From Oopsacas minuta (lineage: Eukaryota > Animalia > Porifera), in contig JAKMXF010000314.1 of NCBI GenBank assembly GCA_024704765.1, forward strand, positions 174,630-238,629: a stretch of DNA of 64,000 nt, written 5' to 3'. Positions 25,484 to 39,018 of the stretch are shown here, piece after piece. Made by a program: the position numbers and the translations under genes. Under the pieces are notes generated by a model. It made no database searches. It was not told where the DNA came from and saw only the letters and a program-made list of their open reading frames with translations. Position 1 is the stretch's first letter. Each line of letters starts with the position of its first letter.

Positions 25484-28400
25484 CACAATGCAACAAATTT
25501 TTATGAAAGGTTTGTTTATCTAAATTTTAGTTTTTCCCCACTGCTTTAAGGTGCGTGGATACCAAAAGCAGCAATATTTGTTAATTTCCATCGTTGGTTA
25601 GATCAGAATCGAAACTTCTACAATAAATCCAAAATACATATTATATCATATTTCATCCCCTAAACTAATGCTCGTGAATCTTCTAGATACGAATGCGTTC
25701 CTTGATTATATGACATTTTACTGTTTTTTAATCAGTATTATACTATACAGGGTGTTCAATAAGTTCGTGGAAATTAGTATATAGATGTTTTGTATAGCAA
25801 TGGCTAGAGTTTAATTTTCAACATAATCCCCTTGTAATAGAATACATTTAAGCCACTTATCTTTCAGCTTTTCTATACAATGATGAAAAAACATTTTGTC
25901 TTTGGTGTCTAACCAGTCTTCAAAACCCGATTCTAATGCATCGTCATCGTCAAAAATCTTTGCGCGAAGCTTGCTTGGCAATTGGAAACAGATAATAATC
26001 GCTGGGAGCTAAATCAGGACTGTATGGTGGGTGTTGAGCCTGTTTAAAGCCACAATCTTTTATTGCCTCCTGTGCAATATAACTTTTATGGGATGGGGCA
26101 TTATCATGTAAAATGAGTGGGATTCTTTTTAGCATTCCTCGCCTATTCCTCTTTAAAGATTCGCGTAACCTCGTCATTAGATTGGCATAATATGCTCGAG
26201 TCACCGTCGAATTTTTGGAAGATAATCTAATAGTAATGGTCCCTTAGAATCCCAGAATATTGATAGCATCAGCTTTGACTTAGACTTTGGACACAGTGAC
26301 CAAGTCGGGGTACTTTGGGCTTTGGAGAATCTTCATGCCTCCATTCCGCAGCCCCGCTAACAGTGCAAGGGTCATGGTAGTACATCCAGGTTTCATCTTC
26401 TGTAATCAGTCTCGCATGAAATCGTCTGGGTCAGACATATACAAATCAACCATGCTTTTGCTAGTTTCCAGTCTAGCCATCATTTGATTTTCTGATAAGG
26501 TTTTGCTATCCACTTTGCTTTGTATTTCTTGAGCCCAAGATGGTCATGAATGATCGAGTGAATAGTTCCAATTGATAAATCTACCTTATTAGCTATAATT
26601 CTGATCGATATACAGTGATTGTTCTCTATCATACCACTAATAGATTGGATTGTTTCTGGATGGAGAGAAAATGTGGGTCTCCTGAGCGAGGGTCATCTGT
26701 AATATTTCCTCTTCCACGTTTGAATTCTGAATGCCATTTTGCAACCATAGATTGACTAGGAACATTGTCTTTGAGGACATCTTTCATCTCTTTGAACGTT
26801 TCAGTAGCGCTTAGTCCTTTTATACAGAGAAATTTAATGACTTCTCGATGCTCTAAGTTCTCAAAATTCATTATTTTTCAAACAACTGGCGGAAAGATCT
26901 GATTATTGCTCTGAATATAGCTGCTTGTATCACAAAGTTTAAGTAAATCAATAAATATATGATTGATAAATGGATTGCTAAATCTAACATTTAGTACTCC
27001 TTACTCTAAATATAACTTTCCACGAACTTATTGAACACCCTGTATAACGTAATAAGTGACGTATAAGTCAAAATGTTTCTTAAACATTTTCTTTTGTGTA
27101 TACTCGGAGCATCGCGTATCAAACACCACAAGTAGTCTCCCATCATACGTTCGTCCCACTTTCCCCGACACCTCTTTTTCCATGACTAACATGTCTTGGT
27201 GGAAACGTTCACTTTGTTCTCTGCTCACATCTCCCAAATTTGGCCCGAAGAAGCCCAAGTGTGAGTGTAAATAATGCAGTTTGAGTGACATTCCACACCC
27301 TTCATGTTAATAACTTGTAATTAAGTTATCAACGAGTTCCTCATAGTTTTCCGACTTTCTATTCCCTAAAATCCACTAACTACAAGCCTAAATGCTTACC
27401 AAACTCTCTTTTCAACTCCATTAATTTTGGTTTCTAACTCGCTACACGCTAGCATCCGCCTAATTTGAGGTCCAACGAAGATTCCATTTCTTACTTTCCC
27501 TCAGACAGTTTTGGAAACATTGAACGTATATGTTTGAAGGCAACAGAATTCAGGGAATTGATGAATTGTTTCACAAGCGCTAACTTTATGTGAAGTGGTG
27601 GCAACAAAACCTTCTCTGGTTGCACAAGAGCATTGTGAATAACGTTGTGTGTTCCTGGAATTAACACCTCTCTGAATGGCCAATCTTTTTTAACTTAGTA
27701 CTAATCATCTTCCCTACTATTCCACAAACACAAAGGAAGCAGGAATGTTTTGTATAACCAGCATGTAGTCCAAGTAGAAATCCTAGCATTTTGAAGTTGC
27801 CACAAATTCCCCATTTGTGTGTTTGATAGTTGATCATCTCCATATGTTTCACATTGTCATAATTTTCCTTTAAATGAACTCAGTGAGCTAGGGGAATGGT
27901 TGGAAATTCATCGCTATTGTGAAGCAAAGCACCCTTTAGACTTCTTGTAGAGCTATCAATGAAGAAACACCAATCTGAAGGGTTGTATTCACACCAATCT
28001 CGTTAAAAAGGCCAACCACATCAGAACAATAACACAAAGAATTGGAAAGTGAATATTTGTAGAAAGATGCAAAATTATGATGCCGTTTTCTGTAGATAGA
28101 TATCTTACAACTAGGATCAAGTAAATTCCACTCTCTGAGACGAGATCCCAAAAGCTCCGCATTAGATTTTGTCAGACCTAATTCTCTGACCAAGTCATTT
28201 AGTTCTTGCTGATTAGGAAAATGTGGTTTCCATGATAAGTCTTCGTCGAAGTTGATATAATCTTCCTCACTAGAAGATATGTACGCAGGTTCAATTATTC
28301 CTTCTAAGAAAGGAGAAATTGGAATTGGTAGATTTTCTTTGTGCGACACTGGGGAAATAGACGATGGAATATTAGGATAATCAATATGTTTTCTATCTTT

Positions 28401-28961
28401 TCTTTTTCCTTTATATTTTGTAATATCTACTATACAAAAGTAGCAGTCTTTATGGTGGTTAACTGGTTCTCTCCAAATTCGAGGTATTGCAAATGGCATA
28501 CAGCTTCGGGTTCCACATAACCATCCTTCTAAGGTGGAACGACATTATACACAGCAGAAATGAGGAGACCACATTTTGTCTTGATCACCCATTGGCATCC
28601 CAAAATAGGCATAATACGCAATACCGGGTGTTATATTATGCTTGACTTGTCCTGGTCCAATGTAGTATCCGCATACATAGTAAAACGAATCTGATGACAG
28701 TTTACAAATTCTTCCGGCAGTCATCAACAAATACAATCTGTAGACAACAATTTATCTAAGTAAATCAATATTTGAAATGAATATAATGTCATGCGAATGT
28801 ATAACGGGTAATATGAATAGAAAATCAAAAAAGTAGAAATTGACATTTTCACTAAAATTATTGATGATACATTAAAAGCACAGTCAAATTCGAATTCCTC
28901 ATGTCAGAATTATCCAAAAAGCAGGAAAATAACCAAATAAACAAAAGGCTGTTGCATTGTG
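25484..28961 (-). mobile_element. Chapaev3-type element interrupted by a mariner
   Basis: TIR CACAATGCAACA at both ends; TSD TAA (25481-25483, 28962-28964). N-terminal Cys-rich domain (SF.YVCG, YFG...GDQDK.WSPHFCC, IWREPVNHHKDCYFC) and MSLKLHYLHSHL...EQSERFHQD. About 2.2 kb after removing the mariner. Confidence 0.88.
25748..27042 (-). mobile_element. mariner D,D34D copy A (defective), nested in the Chapaev3 element
   Basis: TA-flanked TIRs CAGGGTGTTCAATAAGTTCGTGGAAA; fragments HREVIKFL, EDETW, HDNAPSH...HPPYSPDLAPSDYYLF; frameshifted. Confidence 0.95.
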
Positions 28962-29921
28962 TAAATCAACTATGTTGTCACCAATGTTCGAAGGCATTTC
29001 AGTTTCGAGCAAATAGCAATTAGTAATTAATTAGATCATTATTTAATGACAAATGTGTGACTAGAATATTTAGCCAATACGATTTAGGGTGGAGAAAGTC
29101 TCTTCAGAAGGAAATTATGTCGAAAGTTTTGGTAGATAGGAAAATTTGTAGAAAAGAAATTTCGTTGAATACTAAAGATCCATGAACTGCAATTTTAGGT
29201 ATTTTCCTAATTATTAACTTGTTAATTCAGATTTCTTTATCCTTGGTAAATAACCCTGATACTTAAAGTTGGTTCAGGGTAGTTTTTTCGTTTTGAACTT
29301 GTTGTCATGGAATTTGTAAGGGCTGGATAAATACCCTGACATATTATTGATTCAGGGAATTGTTTTAAATCCTAACTTGATGATTTTACTTTTTGGGCTT
29401 AGATAAAATCATGACTCATATTATTAGTTCAGGATTTTGCTAGTGCCTAATTTGTTGATTTAGAATCTTGCTTGGATTGATTGTCATCCAGACATCTCAA
29501 ATTTTGAGATTCTATGAACAGTATGTTCCAACTTGACATAGCGTCCGACCTAAATTACGGAGGTAGATATCATACTTAGTTAGAGGATTTTCTGTTCGAC
29601 CAAATATCAGTCGATGAATCTCCTTGTATCAGATTTTGATATATTCTGTAAGGACAAACTTAACTAAATAGTTAAATAGTTCATTCAGGTACAATATCGT
29701 AGGCATTATCAAATATTTGCCTGAGGGCCAGGATATTCAATTGTATATGTAATTGTATTCAATTACGTAATTTTGTTCAGTTAGTGTAGGTATATAAGTA
29801 GGTATTCATAGGTATGATCCTGTGCTATGGTCAGATGTTATAAGAGCTAACGGTACTATGGTAAACACTGCATAATGCTCAAAACTAGGTGGAAATCATA
29901 CAAAAATAGTAATATTCCTAC

Positions 29922-30216
29922 ATTTCTTATTCTTGGGAATTCTTTGTTCACAAAATGGTATCGAAAGAATTGCTCCATGATCACACCCAATCCAAAGACA
30001 ATCATTTGCAATCAATAGTGCAGTGACCCGAATGGGAGAATTATTATCTGGTAACTGTAACAAAGTGTGTAACTTTGGAGCTAAATCAAGATCTTGAAGA
30101 TGGTCATATGTTGTTGAGCTGTATAGACGTAATGTAGAATCTTGTCGTATTGTCAACCAAACCCCATGTCCATAAGAAACAATGTTTGTCACCTGACTTG
30201 TAACCTTATCATGAAC
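29922..30216 (-). CDS. MAPK8IP3: JIP3/JIP4-like protein, internal exon (295 nt)
   Basis: Acceptor ctctctAG|GTT at 30217/30216; donor AAAT|GTAGGA at 29922/29921 (phase 1). VHDKVTSQVTNIVSYGHGVWLTIRQDSTLRLY...HLQDLDL...RVTALLIA..LWIG..G.ILSIP matches JIP3 AHPRRESQVRQL...GVWVSIRLDSTLRLY...HLQDVDI...RITALL...LWVG. Confidence 0.88.
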
Positions 30217-31408
30217 CTAGAGAGAATATGTCTATTATAAGATCAAACAACGATATAAATCTTTGAAATTGACGACCAATACCTAAAAATTGTAAATAAA
30301 TTATAACAGTTACAAGTTTACTAATGAGAAAAGGGCTGACCAAGTTGTTACCTAGGCTAATTGCCGCCAATTGATTACTTTAGTGGTCCCTTAGAGCAAT
30401 GTAGTAATAGCTAAATCGCTACTGAAGGATGACATTCGATGTAGTAAAATAATGACATATAGTGGCTCTCTTCAAAAAGGGTGACTTGGTCGAAAGGTAT
30501 ATTTATAAATAAAGTAGTGTCGTATGTGTCCTCAAATCTCCTCAGAGATTTTATCAACCAATCTGAGGTAACTTTTGCATGTCGCCTTCGAGTAAACCCT
30601 AAACTCTGAATAAGAAATGTTAAGAGATATGGAAAATTTTCTTGAAAATAACTTGGAATATATGATTTTTGCACTTTCCCATACATTTCTATGAGAATTA
30701 TCAAAGTTTTAAATCCAACTGAAGAATAATTTTGGACGTTCAATCTAAGGTTTTCGTGTATGGGAATCTGAATATGATATTCAAACTCAGTTAAATACAT
30801 GCTCCCATAATTAGCTTGGATACTGAAATGACAAACAAGACTAGAGCCTTTAGTTTATTCATAAACCATACTTAGGTGGTCATATTGAATGGCATATTTT
30901 TGATCGGCTTTTTGGCTAATATATATATATATGTTCACTCTCCGCACACCTTAAGAGTATAAGACACCAAATTTGGCATGTACACTTGTAGTGACCTCTA
31001 GATTTGAACCTGGAATTTTCTGATGTGCATATTTCACACTTCTTCACAACTTTTGAATTTAACTGAATCATGTTGTAGGGAAATGCAATTATTAGGCTCA
31101 AATGCATAAAATTGGCTTTGGTGGAGCGTGTGTAATCATATTAACACCACCGTTATATATTATTACTGAATATAGACTATAGTTCTCTTGTATATACAAA
31201 TATATATCTAACAAGATTGATCATATTTTCCAACTTAGGTAAGCAGGGATTTTGAATTGAATTTTGACATTTTCAAATGTCTAACACGATCATCAAGTGC
31301 GATCTAAACATTTTGGATAATAAAATTATTTAGTAGAATAATCCAGACAGAAGAAACGACTATAATCAATTTAGTTACATGATTTTCCACATACTGTGAT
31401 TTGAGATT

Positions 31409-31680
31409 TTGTTCAATGAATTACTGTGGAATCGGTATCACGTAAGACATATAGGGATCTTACAACCTTGGCAGTACAAGAGTCCAGAGACTGTTAATGC
31501 GGGATTGGGTCAAATGTTGCCTTTGCTTTCGCCTCGATTAAAGATAAATTTATCGAGTTTTTCAAAATATTTGTCCCGATGCGCCACGTGCACCCAGGGG
31601 AGTGTACCTCTTGTAAATAGGGTAAGCGAATTTGAATATATGGACACCAAGGTGCGCAGGTTGCCTAACTCTAGATAAAG
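31409..31680 (+). pseudogene. Possible degraded non-LTR reverse transcriptase fragment
   Basis: LKINLS...VNRVSEFEYMDT loosely resembles the LKIN..KT / V..F.YLG motifs at the end of LINE RT; locally GC-richer. Weak. Confidence 0.3.
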
Positions 31681-33459
31681 CCCTGCCAGCCATCGCGAAT
31701 AAATAAATCTTTCGGCACAGTGTCGCACAATGTTCTTATTGGGTAAGAGGTATTAGATAAAGATAGACAAAATAATACGTTAGTACATATAGGAAATCAC
31801 CCTGAAATTCCAAAAAATAACTGGAATTTTGTCAAAACCTGAGAAATATGGGAAAATGTCTTTAATGAGTCTCTACAAAATAATTCAAAGTAAATTGAAA
31901 TATCTTATACTCAACACATCCAAAGATAAAATTTGGAAGACTTGCAGTACAAAAATGGCATAGCACCAGCTATCCGGGACACAAGCAATCTTTGAATAAA
32001 AAGAACGCGGATCGAAAGCAATTTTTCTTATTCTCTCATATTGTGTACTCATTAAAGAATCCATTATATATTTGATATTTTGAGGGAAGTGGAAGAGATA
32101 AATGCCAGATAGCATTCTTAAATTGCAATTATTGAAGCTTTTTGAAATCCATCATAATGTGAGAAGCGTCCAAGGCAGGTTCGATTTCTACATACATATT
32201 AATATTCTGTAGAATGTAGTTTCGTTTTGTTGTAACCAGGATATACACTCAAGGAAAGATAAATACATCTCTCACTTGGGCAACTATACTATTGTATAGT
32301 ATAGTATAGTGCCAAGTTCTGAAATGAGCTGTTCTGTTGTTTTTAACATATGTAATTCACTTTCTGGTCACACGATCTGCGTTTCAGAGCCCAAAGTTAT
32401 ACCCAAAATTACAGATAATCTACTGTAACGTATACCAGCAGATAGATCTGAAATTTAATTGATGTGATTGCAATTTTGTTAGCACAAGATCCATCAAGTC
32501 CATTTGATAATCAGAATATCATTGAGACAATTTGTTGAATCTAAAATTAGTCTAAGTTATTCCAAAATAGGCTGAATGGCGAGAGAAAGCATTAAAAAAT
32601 AAGACATTTCATTACCCACTGAGAAACTTCAGGATATAAAATATTCTCGTTTTGACAGCTAAAGAAATTGCCCTTCCGAAATGAATAAATAGTTTTGTAA
32701 GATGGAAATTTCACACCTCCCTAACTTCATACTTTAGAACACTTTGAACCCTGATTTTATAGTTGATCCAATTTCTATTAAGATTTACGACTATAATACG
32801 ATTGTAGGACAGATTTAATGAATGAACCAGTTCTTTGCATACACTTGAAGAACCCAGATAATATGTCTAATCAGAAATCAATTCTAATGATTACCCAACA
32901 AATTTTTGGGCTTACTTCTCTCTCAGCTATAAAGTTTACGAACTTGTTTGTTCTATTCTTAACCCCATTTGTGTTTGTATTGTAAATATATTTGGGTGTC
33001 TATAGGTAGTCTAGGAACCATTGGAAAAGAAATGTATATGCATTAATATTTGACAAATTTCAACTAATTAAACTCAGAATTGATTGCAATGCAAGACATG
33101 GGCTAGAAACATTGGTGACTTAGGAGGAATATGCTTAAAAATGTCAAACAAAATATGTGTAAAAAAGATAGGGAGTGTTTAGCATTTATAACTAATGTAA
33201 CTCGATTAACAAGTGTATTTCAAAACAAATACAAATAAAAGTTTTTGAAATAAAGTATAGTGAGTAGAAATGAAATTTTGGAACACTTTAGGCCAATAGA
33301 AATTTGAGACATTTCAAATCCTGCATAGTTTGAGACTTTGTGGTACCATGTTATAAACAGTGTGAAATTGACAAATTATTCACAAATTACAGTATGATTC
33401 CACACAGCGAGTTTGATATTTCGTTCAATACTAATATTTCCGTGGAGTATTAGAAATAT

Positions 33460-33700
33460 GCTTCATTTTCCAGCTTTAGCGAAAAGATTGGTCCTATGAA
33501 ACTCAGGCAAACAGAATTCCAAAACTGTTGAATTCACATAGAGATACGATAAACAAAAATGACCCCTTTTTAAACAAGCTTTGAAGCACTTGAATTGTTT
33601 CCAATAGTTGGTAAAGTATTTTCGTCGAGATACATGGAAAGTCATCGATTCAACATTCATACCACCAACTACACTTCCTTTACCAAAGCATCTATATAGT
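33460..33700 (-). pseudogene. Possible piggyBac-like transposase remnant
   Basis: FGKGSVVGG...FHVSRRKYFTN loosely resembles the Y.GK...GG / .YFDNYFTS region of piggyBac transposases; no termini seen. Confidence 0.25.
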
Positions 33701-35617
33701 CTGTAATTGAAAATAGTAAACTAAGTCATATATTTAGCAGTCAAGAATTCAATTAAAATGAGACATTGTGATTTGATTACAGAATCTTATTCTACACATT
33801 TGGATAAGATTCTGAAATCAATGTCCATCACAGACACTCAACCTCTAATGTCTACTTCTTTGATTTATCATTATCAATCATCTTCACCTTCTGCCACTTG
33901 TTCCCATCTTATACCATGTGGCAATTGAAAAGGAAGGTACATAGTGACACTCGATTAGAAATTTCAAACAATTGCATATCCAATTGAGTTGAAAGGTTCT
34001 TCAGGTGTTAATTCGGAAGCATAGAATACGACTATCAAATAATAATTGCAATATCTCATAGAATGTTAATACATTACGGCATATTATAAGTATTAAATTT
34101 AGCATAAAACTATTCTCAATGTTATTTTGATGTACGCTCAATTTTGGTAGCGAATGTATAGCAATAATTTCCCTAATGCGCTCAAGATTTCCCTATAAAT
34201 TGTAAGATTCCTCAGAATATTAGTCCAATAATGTCGCAAGCCAAAATGTGCGCTCTCTAGTATTGTAAACCGAAATATCTACGAAAATAATTATAGAAAC
34301 TGCTTAGGAGCAGGCTATATGTATTGCTATCGTAAAGCTTGATTCAAGGCATTAATATTATGAATAATTGCAAGTAAAGTCTAAAGTGTAAAGTGAATAT
34401 TTTGCATTAAACAATTACACTAATTATGAATATTTCTAGAGCATGATTTCTCCGACAACAAAATAGAATAATTGATTCGAAATAGGTAGGATTCTACGAT
34501 GCATATCTCAATAGTCACATTATGGGTTATCGCTGGGAATGTTTGGATGAATAATACATTCTGTATTATAAATTATGCTTTCCAAAATTTCATCGGCTAG
34601 CAACACTTTGTACATAATAAGGTATCATAATAACGCATACATCAACTTGTCATCCAGACTAGGTCATGCTTTGGAAACTTTGGACATGTTTGATCAGGTT
34701 TGGTCACCTTGGTCCATATTTGGTCGCAGGTTGTAATACAACCTGAAAGTGCGAAAATATTGTTCAAAAGCCAAAGAAACTAACAAATTTAATGAATTTC
34801 GAAATGTATAATACGATCGACACAAAAATGGGTTATAAGAATATGGCCTCAAGATTCGAAGAGTCAAATATACTTTTATATGTCGGATAGAACCCGAATA
34901 GGATCTCGAACATAGAGCGCCCCTTTATGGAGAGTGTTTAACACCTGCATAAGAAAATGCGCGCTACTTGTATATAGCAAATACAAGCCAGAATATACAC
35001 TCTGAAACAACATCTGTAGGGAAGAAAGATAGGGAAAAGTAAAGACCGTAGAAATTATGAATCTTCATAAGTTCTATGGTGTGTGATCAATTATATTTTA
35101 TTGCATCACAAATTGCCTGAGCTATGTTCATTTATTCTGTATTATGTTTACACTTACTGTTTTACAAAGAACAAAAATTAATACATTATAATGAGACAAA
35201 GTATTCCACACAAAGGTAGTATGCAGGAATTTCCAGAGCGGCTACAGGCTCATAAATCCCAGCTCATATACAGCTAGACATAATAAATCGGACAAGACAC
35301 TTATATCGAATAATAAATTTATACATAGTTTAGGCGTACAAAATTGAATTGCTATTTTGGGAGTATGGCCAAAAGAATCTGAGTTTAAACTGATTTCAAG
35401 TGTAAAGTTTATAGTCAAATGTAATAAGTAAAATGAACACTGTTTGACTTCGTACTCATTGTACTCATTTAACTTGCCCCGATCCGCATCTAAATGCTGA
35501 TTAGTGCTGAAAAGTGTGAGTCAAGAACGTTTCAAGTACGGATTGATGCGGGTCAGCTGCGGTGAAGTGCTGGTTTGGTGCGAGTCAAGTGCAGGTTGGG
35601 TGCAGGTTAAGTATGGA

Positions 35618-35668
35618 TTAGTGTGGGTCTGTTGCAAGTTAGTGTGGGTCTGTTGCAAGTTAGTGTGG
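35618..35668. repeat. 21-bp tandem repeat (about 2.4 copies)
   Basis: TTAGTGTGGGTCTGTTGCAAG twice plus a partial third copy, in a GT-rich patch of related motifs. Confidence 0.85.
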
Positions 35669-36124
35669 ATCTAGTTCGGATTAAGCGACCGTTAGAACGG
35701 ATTAGCCCACAATAGTCCGCAAGACAAAAACCCTTCCAGGTTAACCCACAATAATTATCCGTGAGTTGGGGCTCTCTCAACCAGCATATATTGACCCGCA
35801 ACGAGCAGAGGCCTAATCAAACAGATCTAAAGGTTTCATAATGATCCAAAATGTTAAAAGAACGAATTGTAACCATTTCTACTGAGGACAAACACATAAT
35901 ACAGGGGAAACCTCGAGATCCGGTCATCCAATGTCAGGACGCCCAATATTCCTGGCACCATTATAACCAAATCCTATGAAAAAATGCGAATTATGAAGCT
36001 GATTTCATTGATAATAGAGTTGCCTTCAGCTGTACTTTGGTCTGGCTCATTGCTACCCACATATGGTTCAAACATCTAGATAAACAAATAAATGTATCTC
36101 AATATTGTGTTGAGATCCCTTTTA

Positions 36125-36279
36125 TATAGCTGATCTATAGTATAGTATAGTTGTTCTGCAACACAGAAACATAATACCCTCATTCGAAAAGTGACTTTCA
36201 TTAACCCGAAATAATGACCTTTCCTGGAAGATAGAAAAGCAAATACACATAAACTGTACTATAGTATAGCTGAGCTATA
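36125..36279. mobile_element. Small MITE-like inverted-repeat element
   Basis: 28-bp imperfect inverted repeats TATAGCTGATCTATAGTATAGTATAGTT / TATAGCTCAGCTATACTATAGTACAGTT. Confidence 0.45.
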
Positions 36280-36507
36280 AATACGATATTTGTTATTGGT
36301 TATATGTTATACTCTAATTGGATAACCGAAAGACTTTTGTTCATTTCAGAAATTCGCGAATATTCTACGATCCGTACCACCGACAAGATTGTACGGATCT
36401 CAGATGTTCTCCTATACTTCGAGGGGCACTTAATAGGTTTTGTGCCAGTAATGTTACTGATTGTTTGTAACCGAACCATTACAACATGAAGTTGCTATAC
36501 TTTTGAG

Positions 36508-36583
36508 AAATTTATACTTGTCTTACATAGTTACCGTTATCAAAATTTATACTTGTCTTACATAGTTACCGTTATCAAAATTT
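36508..36583. repeat. Perfect 35-bp tandem duplication
   Basis: AAATTTATACTTGTCTTACATAGTTACCGTTATCA twice, then AAATTT. Confidence 0.95.
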
Positions 36584-36758
36584 GGATTTTCTAATTAGAT
36601 GGGGTTGGAAATACTCCTAGTGAGCGTTCTAAAGGACACGTAGCTTACCTTAGGTTAGCGATTGTTGTAAAATTGCTTTGGATTGGCTGGGACCAAATGC
36701 CAATCTTATGTTGAATCATTCCCTATGTCACATTAGAGACGGATGTTACCATTCATAA

Positions 36759-39018
36759 CACAGGTCAACAAATTTTCACATATTAGCCTCATCATGCAAA
36801 AATGGGTATTTTTCTGGACTACATTTTTGTGCTGATTTCAAATCTACCATTCATTCATCTCTCACACGTATACATGTTTTATATTCTAACTTGAAATTTT
36901 CGAATTCAATTTCGCAATATTACATATTCCATTATGCTTAATTAATGCTAAAGGTTATTCAGCTAGCCAATGTTACTTGTTATTAAAGTCTCAATGTGAA
37001 TAATTCAATACTTAATTGGGTATCAATTAGAATCTAACTATCTGGAATAGGAACTTGAAAAATTTTCACATTTGTGAGATATATAAGTTGATAAAGAAAA
37101 AGAAAAATATTTAAGACGTCAAAAACGTTGAGAGTAAGAATTTCTTTTGTAGACTCTATTGGGTTCAACCATGTATAACATCCAGCAAATAGTCCGCCAT
37201 TATATTGTCATTCCAGAAACCTTGATATCGATTTCCATTCTGAGAATGTCTTGGTGAAATCGTTTGCACTGTTCATTGCTTACAGCACCAAGGTTTTCTG
37301 GAAAAAACTCAAGATGGGAGTGCAAAAAGTTTAATTTCAATGACATACGGCATCCCATGTTTTCATATGATTGAATTAAGTTTCCTACACCCTCTAAATA
37401 CTCTGTTGACTTCATATTACCAAAAAGTTTTCACAAATCCATTTGGAAGATTTCCAATCTGTGAATTCTTTATAGGAATGTATACTGTCAAACTCTTCAT
37501 ACTTGAGAACTTCCCGAATTTGTGGTCCAATAAATACACCCTCTTTAAACTTAGCATCACTTAGTTTGAGAAATTTTTCAACAATATAGCAAACCCTGTA
37601 GAATTTGCTTTACCCATTGGTTGACGAAAGTATTCATCAATCCGAGTTTGATATGAAGTGGTGGCAAAAAGATGTTATTAGGATCTACCAATGGTGTATA
37701 TTCAATATCGGATGTTCCTACTTCATAATTTGTTCTCTTGGGCCAATCACGCTTTTGTAATGATCGATTATTGTACAACTGTCCCATAAACAGACCAATG
37801 AACTTAAGATCCCCACATATATTCCATCTGTGTGCCCTATATTTGATCGCATCCAAAACCTCTTCCAGGTTTATATAGGACTCTTTAAGATGTACAGGTT
37901 GCACAATTGGAATTGCAGGATTTTTATTTCCGTTATGCACTAAAACGGCTTTCAAGCTACGTTTCGATGAATCAATATACAGGCGCCAATCAAAAGATGA
38001 ATGTTCCTGTGACAAACTAGAAATCAGCCTGTCAATATCATTAGAATAACAGAGAGGACCATCAACTGTAAAATATTGAGCCAAATCAAAATTTGGTTTA
38101 CGGTAGCTGGACACAATAACATTCTTGATGAGTAAATTCTTTTGTTAAAGCCTTGATGCAAGAAGTTCTGCCTTTTCTTTCGACAGATCAAGATCCCTGA
38201 CAAAGTCATTCAATTTACCTTGTGTGAAGGTTTGGGGTGCTAAATTACTATCTTTAGGGAAGTATTCTGACCAATAGAAGATTCGCCCATTGAATATGAC
38301 AAAGTATCTACATCATCAGAAAGAGAATCAAATCCATAACACGTAAGAGTGGGGGCAGGCAAGGAGACATCGTGAGAAACTGGTGTGCGAGCAGATACCA
38401 AATCTGGGGAAATTATTTTATGTTAATTATTCATCCAAAACTCAGTGGTGTTTACGATGCAAAAATAACATTCATCGTAGTGATTCTTTGGTTCCCTCCA
38501 AACCATTGGTATTGCAAAAGGCATTTAAGTTTTTCTTTTGTTCACCCAATCACGTAAGTCACTAGACCAAGCAGAACAAATCACATGAGGCGCTCACATC
38601 TTATCTTGATCATATAGAGGACAATCAAAATACTGGCAATATATTCTCTTGAGGTCATTTGCTATGGTACGTCGTTGTGATTTTAAAGAAAAGGAGCCAG
38701 AAAAATAGCAAAAATGTCTGTTGTATTTGTACATCTGTGATGCATTATGAGAAACCAGATTGATTTATTCAAAAAGAGAAAAATAGAGCTAGTAAATTGA
38801 GATTCATTACATCAATATACAAATTGTGTTACTTTGCTATTGAAAAATTTCAAAATATTTAGAATTATATTATAGAAATTAATGGAATAATATAGTTGGA
38901 TTTTCTGAAAAAGCTAAACGTGATAGATAAAAACGGAGAGCAGATTAGAAATCAGGACAAAAAATCACGTTAGAAAAATCATATATGATCTGTGATGAAA
39001 AAACCTTGTTGACTTGTG
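36759..39018 (-). mobile_element. Chapaev3-type element, degraded
   Basis: TIRs CACAGGTCAACAA / CACAAGTCAACAA; TSD TAA (36756-36758, 39019-39021). ORF pieces WRLYIDSSKRSLKAVLVHNGN, WNICGDLK, PPLHIKLGLM and MSLKLNFLHSHLEFFPENLGAVS. Confidence 0.88.

Noticed and set aside
25484-25495. CACAATG terminus resembling a Transib/RAG recombination-signal heptamer
   Set aside because: The TSD is 3-bp TAA rather than 5 bp, there is no nonamer, and the protein motifs match the other Chapaev3-type elements.
29896-29921. Read-through of the weak donor to a TGA eight codons later (truncated isoform)
   Set aside because: A nearby stop is expected in AT-rich introns; no polyadenylation or transcript evidence is visible.
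34727-34745. Perfect palindrome CAGGTTGTA-A-TACAACCTG
   Set aside because: No TA duplication and no CTRR Helitron end nearby; a 9-bp stem can arise by chance in 64 kb.
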